The position numbers were made by a program, and so were the translations under genes. From the NCBI GenBank assembly GCA_963662405.2, contig CAXXKT010000001.1:1440001-1504000 (forward strand): a stretch of 64,000 nucleotides of DNA. Direction: 5' to 3'. Below, one piece after another: positions 60,803 through 64,000 of this stretch. The notes under the pieces were generated by a model. It saw only the letters and a list, made by a program, of their open reading frames with translations, did no database searches and had not been told where the DNA came from. Position 1 is the first letter of the stretch. Each line of letters begins with the position of its first letter. This stretch comes from Syntrophales bacterium (GTDB lineage Bacteria > Desulfobacterota > Syntrophia > Syntrophales > UBA2210).

Positions 60803-62725
60803 ATGCCTCATCGAAATGCAATCCGCTCCCTCGACATCTTAGATCATATCGCGACTTCATACCTCGAACTGGATCTGAAGGGATACTACCTCTTTGTCAA
60901 TGACAATTTGTGCAAAGACCTGGGGTACAGCCGCGATGAAATCGTGGGCGAGCACTTCAGTCGGTTTGTCGTCCCCGAAGAAATTGACAAACAGTATAAG
61001 CTCTTCGGTAAGATCTATCGCACCGGCAAACCGGAGACCCTGCCCACTTCCAAAGTGGTAAAAAAAGACGGGACGGTCATCTATATAGAGCATTCCGCAA
61101 ACGTTATGAGGGATCGGTCGGGTCAAATCATCGGATTCTGCGGCGTGGCGCGCGATATTTCGGAGAGGATCAGGGCAGAAGAGACCCTGAAAAAAAGCGA
61201 GGAAAAATATCGCACCATCCTTGAGTCCATGAAGGAGATGTATGTCGAATATGATCTGAAGGGACTGGTCACCTTTGTGAACGAGGCGTCATGCGCGCTG
61301 ACGGGCTATGATCGTGAAGAACTGCTGGGGATGCATTACAGCGCTTTTTTCACCGCTGAGGATGCCCTGCGGATGAAAGAGGCCTATTCGGAGATATATC
61401 AGACTGGACACCCGGAATCCATGATCGATGCCGATGTCATTTCGCGAAACGGCGCCGTCAGGAATTACCAGGCCGATATCGTACTTCGCCGTGATGCATC
61501 CGGAACGCCAATCGGCTTTCGCACGCTGGCCCGGGATGTGACGGATTATAAAAGGGCGGAAGAAGAAAAGGCCCATGTTGAGAAACAGTTGTACCAGGCG
61601 CAGAAGATGGAGTCCGTCGGCCGGCTTGCGGGGGGAATAGCCCACGATTTCAATAATATGCTTACTGTTATCCTTGGGCATGCCGAACTGATTAAATCGC
61701 GCCTGCCCCAGGATGACCCCCTCTTTGTTGAGATGTCGGAGATAGAAAAGGCAGCGGGCCAGTCGCGGGATATCACGCGCCAGCTCCTCGCTTTTTCACG
61801 AAAAGAGATCATTATACCGGAACCTGTCGACCTGAATGTCCTGGTTGAGAACATCCAGAAAACACTCCTCAGACTGATCGGCGAAGACATAGATCTGAAA
61901 TTTTATCCTGGCACACAGCTGTGGACCATTAAGGTGGATCCGTCTCAGATGCAGCAGATCCTTATGAACTTTTCGATCAACGCCCGTGACGCCATGCCGG
62001 ACGGCGGTAAACTGACCATAGAGACGGAGAACATTCACCTCGATGAGGCGTACTGCAAGACATACCCGGATTTTTCCCCCGGTGACTATGTCCTGCTGGG
62101 GGTGAGCGATGACGGCGTGGGTATGGATCGGGAGACCATGAATCACCTCTTCGAACCCTTTTTCACCACCAAGGAGAGGGGGCGGGGGACTGGACTCGGG
62201 CTTGCCACCGTATACGGCATCGTCAAACAGAACGAGGGCTTGATCAATGTCTACAGTGAGCCGGGAAACGGAACGACCTTTAAGATCTATCTTCCTCGGA
62301 ACAGGGAGGGAACCGTCCGGGTCGATGATATGCAAGAAGCGAGACCGGAACATGATACGGGGACCGTCTTGCTGGTAGAGGATAACGACATGGTACGCGT
62401 CATGACGACCGAGATGCTCGAGGCCATCGGGTATACGGTTGTTGCGATATCCTCACCGAGGGAGGCCCTCACCTGTTTCGATAGTGAGGATTTCGCCGTG
62501 GATCTGGTGATCACCGATGTAGTGATGCCTCAGATGAACGGCAGAGAGCTGGGAGAGCGAATTACCGCATTGCGCCCCGGGACCCGCGTTCTCTTCGTGT
62601 CGGGATACACCACCAACGTCATCGTCCACCGGGGGGTTCTTGCCGATGGGGTACATTTTCTCCACAAGCCGTTCAGTATGAGCGATCTGGCACGCAAAGT
62701 CCGGGAAGCCTTGGGAAGGCGTTGA
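60803..62725 (+). CDS. Cytoplasmic hybrid sensor kinase (PAS-PAS-HisKA-HATPase-REC, CckA-like)
   Basis: Two PAS/PAC domains, QKMESVGRLAGGIAHDFNN, NARDAM, GTGLGL, receiver TDVVMP. Confidence 0.93.
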   Translation: MPHRNAIRSLDILDHIATSYLELDLKGYYLFVNDNLCKDLGYSRDEIVGEHFSRFVVPEEIDKQYKLFGKIYRTGKPETLPTSKVVKKDGTVIYIEHSANVMRDRSGQIIGFCGVARDISERIRAEETLKKSEEKYRTILESMKEMYVEYDLKGLVTFVNEASCALTGYDREELLGMHYSAFFTAEDALRMKEAYSEIYQTGHPESMIDADVISRNGAVRNYQADIVLRRDASGTPIGFRTLARDVTDYKRAEEEKAHVEKQLYQAQKMESVGRLAGGIAHDFNNMLTVILGHAELIKSRLPQDDPLFVEMSEIEKAAGQSRDITRQLLAFSRKEIIIPEPVDLNVLVENIQKTLLRLIGEDIDLKFYPGTQLWTIKVDPSQMQQILMNFSINARDAMPDGGKLTIETENIHLDEAYCKTYPDFSPGDYVLLGVSDDGVGMDRETMNHLFEPFFTTKERGRGTGLGLATVYGIVKQNEGLINVYSEPGNGTTFKIYLPRNREGTVRVDDMQEARPEHDTGTVLLVEDNDMVRVMTTEMLEAIGYTVVAISSPREALTCFDSEDFAVDLVITDVVMPQMNGRELGERITALRPGTRVLFVSGYTTNVIVHRGVLADGVHFLHKPFSMSDLARKVREALGRR

Positions 62726-62770
62726 TCCCTTTTGTTCGTCAAGGACGAAAACAGGTCCCGGGTAACATTT

Positions 62771-64000
62771 TCACGCCGCCCCATGTTCATTACGGGCGAT
62801 GATGCTGTCCTGGACGTCCTTGCCGAGCCTGGTGAAGTAGGCGACATACCCGGCCACCCTCACGGTGAGTTCCTGATGTGCCTCGGGATCACGTTGGGCT
62901 TCACGCATGGTTTCCGACGAGATCAGGTTGAACTGGCAGTGATGGATCTTCAGATCGACGAAGGTCCTGATCATGTGTGCCAGTCTGCGGACACCGACAT
63001 CGTTTCCAAAGACATCCTGGCTGAGCCGCATGTTCAGGGTCTGTCCGAAGAAGATCGAGGCATTATCGATCTTGCCGACGGAATTGAACACGGCGGTGGG
63101 CCCGTTGACATCGACGCTGCGGGTCGGTGAGATCCCATCCGATAACGGTTCATGTGCCTTCCGCCCCGAAGGGAGCGCCCCGACGAGCTTACCGGTCCTC
63201 ACGTACCAGACGAGGGGGTTCTGATAGGGGATGAGGTGCCCCCCGCGGGAATTCGTGTGCTTGATCACCTCATCACAATATGTCTTCATCACCCAGGTGA
63301 CGATCTCGTCGACGTAATCATCGTCGTTCCCGAACTTGGGGACCTTCAGCAGTTCCTGCCGCAAGGATTCATCTCCCTCGAAGTTCTTGTCGAGGGCGTC
63401 GAGGAGTTCGGCCATGGTGATCTTCTGCTCCTCGTACACCAGCTGTTTGATCGCCGCCAGGGAGTCGCCCACATCCGTTGCGCCGGCGGTCGCGATGATG
63501 GGGCCGAAGTTGAACCGGGCGCCCCCTTCTTCGCGCGGTTTGCCGTTCTCGATACAGTCCTCGATCAGGGCGGAGGTGTAGACGGTCGGATACCCGGCCG
63601 CCAGCGCCAGTTCCGAGTTTTTGAGGGCGATCTCGCAGTGACCGGCAAAGTAGGCGAGCTGTTTCAGGTACGCCTCCTGCAGGTCGGCAAATGTGGTGAA
63701 TGTCCGAGGATCCCCGGTCCGTACACCCATGTACCGTCCATGATCACGGCTCCACCCGTCGGCCAGTGCCAACTCCAGCATGTTAGGCAGGAGCAGGAAC
63801 GACCCCACATTGAATTCCGAATCGTAGTTGGTGACGTGGGGTTCGTTGCAGCCGATGGCCCCACTCGTCCGGGCCAGCTCGATCGGAACGGGCGGTCCCC
63901 CCAGGGTCCCCCGCGCCAGGAAGTTCTCGACGAAGACGTCGTTATTGAGAAACATGGGGTGGCCGGTCCCCAGGACACAAAGCTGACAGGTCTTGATCAG
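62771..64000 (-). CDS. Glycyl-radical enzyme (PFL-like family), 3' part; continues beyond window
   Basis: Frame open to window end (GTGHPMFLNND). Cys loop AIGCNEP, PKFGNDD..VD, A.PSGR, C-terminal RVAGY glycyl-radical motif. Confidence 0.9.
   Translation of the reverse strand: MIKTCQLCVLGTGHPMFLNNDVFVENFLARGTLGGPPVPIELARTSGAIGCNEPHVTNYDSEFNVGSFLLLPNMLELALADGWSRDHGRYMGVRTGDPRTFTTFADLQEAYLKQLAYFAGHCEIALKNSELALAAGYPTVYTSALIEDCIENGKPREEGGARFNFGPIIATAGATDVGDSLAAIKQLVYEEQKITMAELLDALDKNFEGDESLRQELLKVPKFGNDDDYVDEIVTWVMKTYCDEVIKHTNSRGGHLIPYQNPLVWYVRTGKLVGALPSGRKAHEPLSDGISPTRSVDVNGPTAVFNSVGKIDNASIFFGQTLNMRLSQDVFGNDVGVRRLAHMIRTFVDLKIHHCQFNLISSETMREAQRDPEAHQELTVRVAGYVAYFTRLGKDVQDSIIARNEHGAA

Overview
Chromosomal window from an anaerobic, moderately GC-rich deltaproteobacterium, most likely Desulfobacterota/Syntrophales-like (inferred from gene content). 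It carries: a CCG-domain protein-hdrA-mvhD/flxD-flxCBA electron-bifurcation cluster followed by a crotonase; rml genes, ribD and a NusG paralogue; a divergent RNase Z-like / ArfB-like pair; an orphan atpE; ahbB-hemL; a GT-C/GT2 pair; PBP1A, tatBC, gatCAB, mtnA, groESL and a Na/Pi symporter; a beta-oxidation cluster (CoA-transferase, ligase, thiolase, hbd, acyl-CoA dehydrogenase); acs-etfBA-EMO; rpmH-rnpA-yidD-yidC-jag-mnmE; ectABC; a PAS hybrid kinase; and the 3' part of a glycyl-radical enzyme. The most unusual locus is 30.6-34.4 kb. There a kinase with a RegB-type GGxxNPF quinone-binding motif and a sigma54 activator are transcribed divergently from a sigma54-like promoter, preceded by two TGTATA-N7-TATACA palindromes. 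That promoter faces a serine-recombinase-fold protein that has lost all catalytic residues. Other items seen directly in the sequence: a 5-bp duplication frameshifting the FlxA C-terminus, mirror-image probably leaderless promoters between the RNase Z-like and ArfB-like genes, and two intergenic pseudogene remnants. No tRNA, rRNA, CRISPR array or intact IS was recognised. All calls come from motif recognition by eye; no database searches were run.
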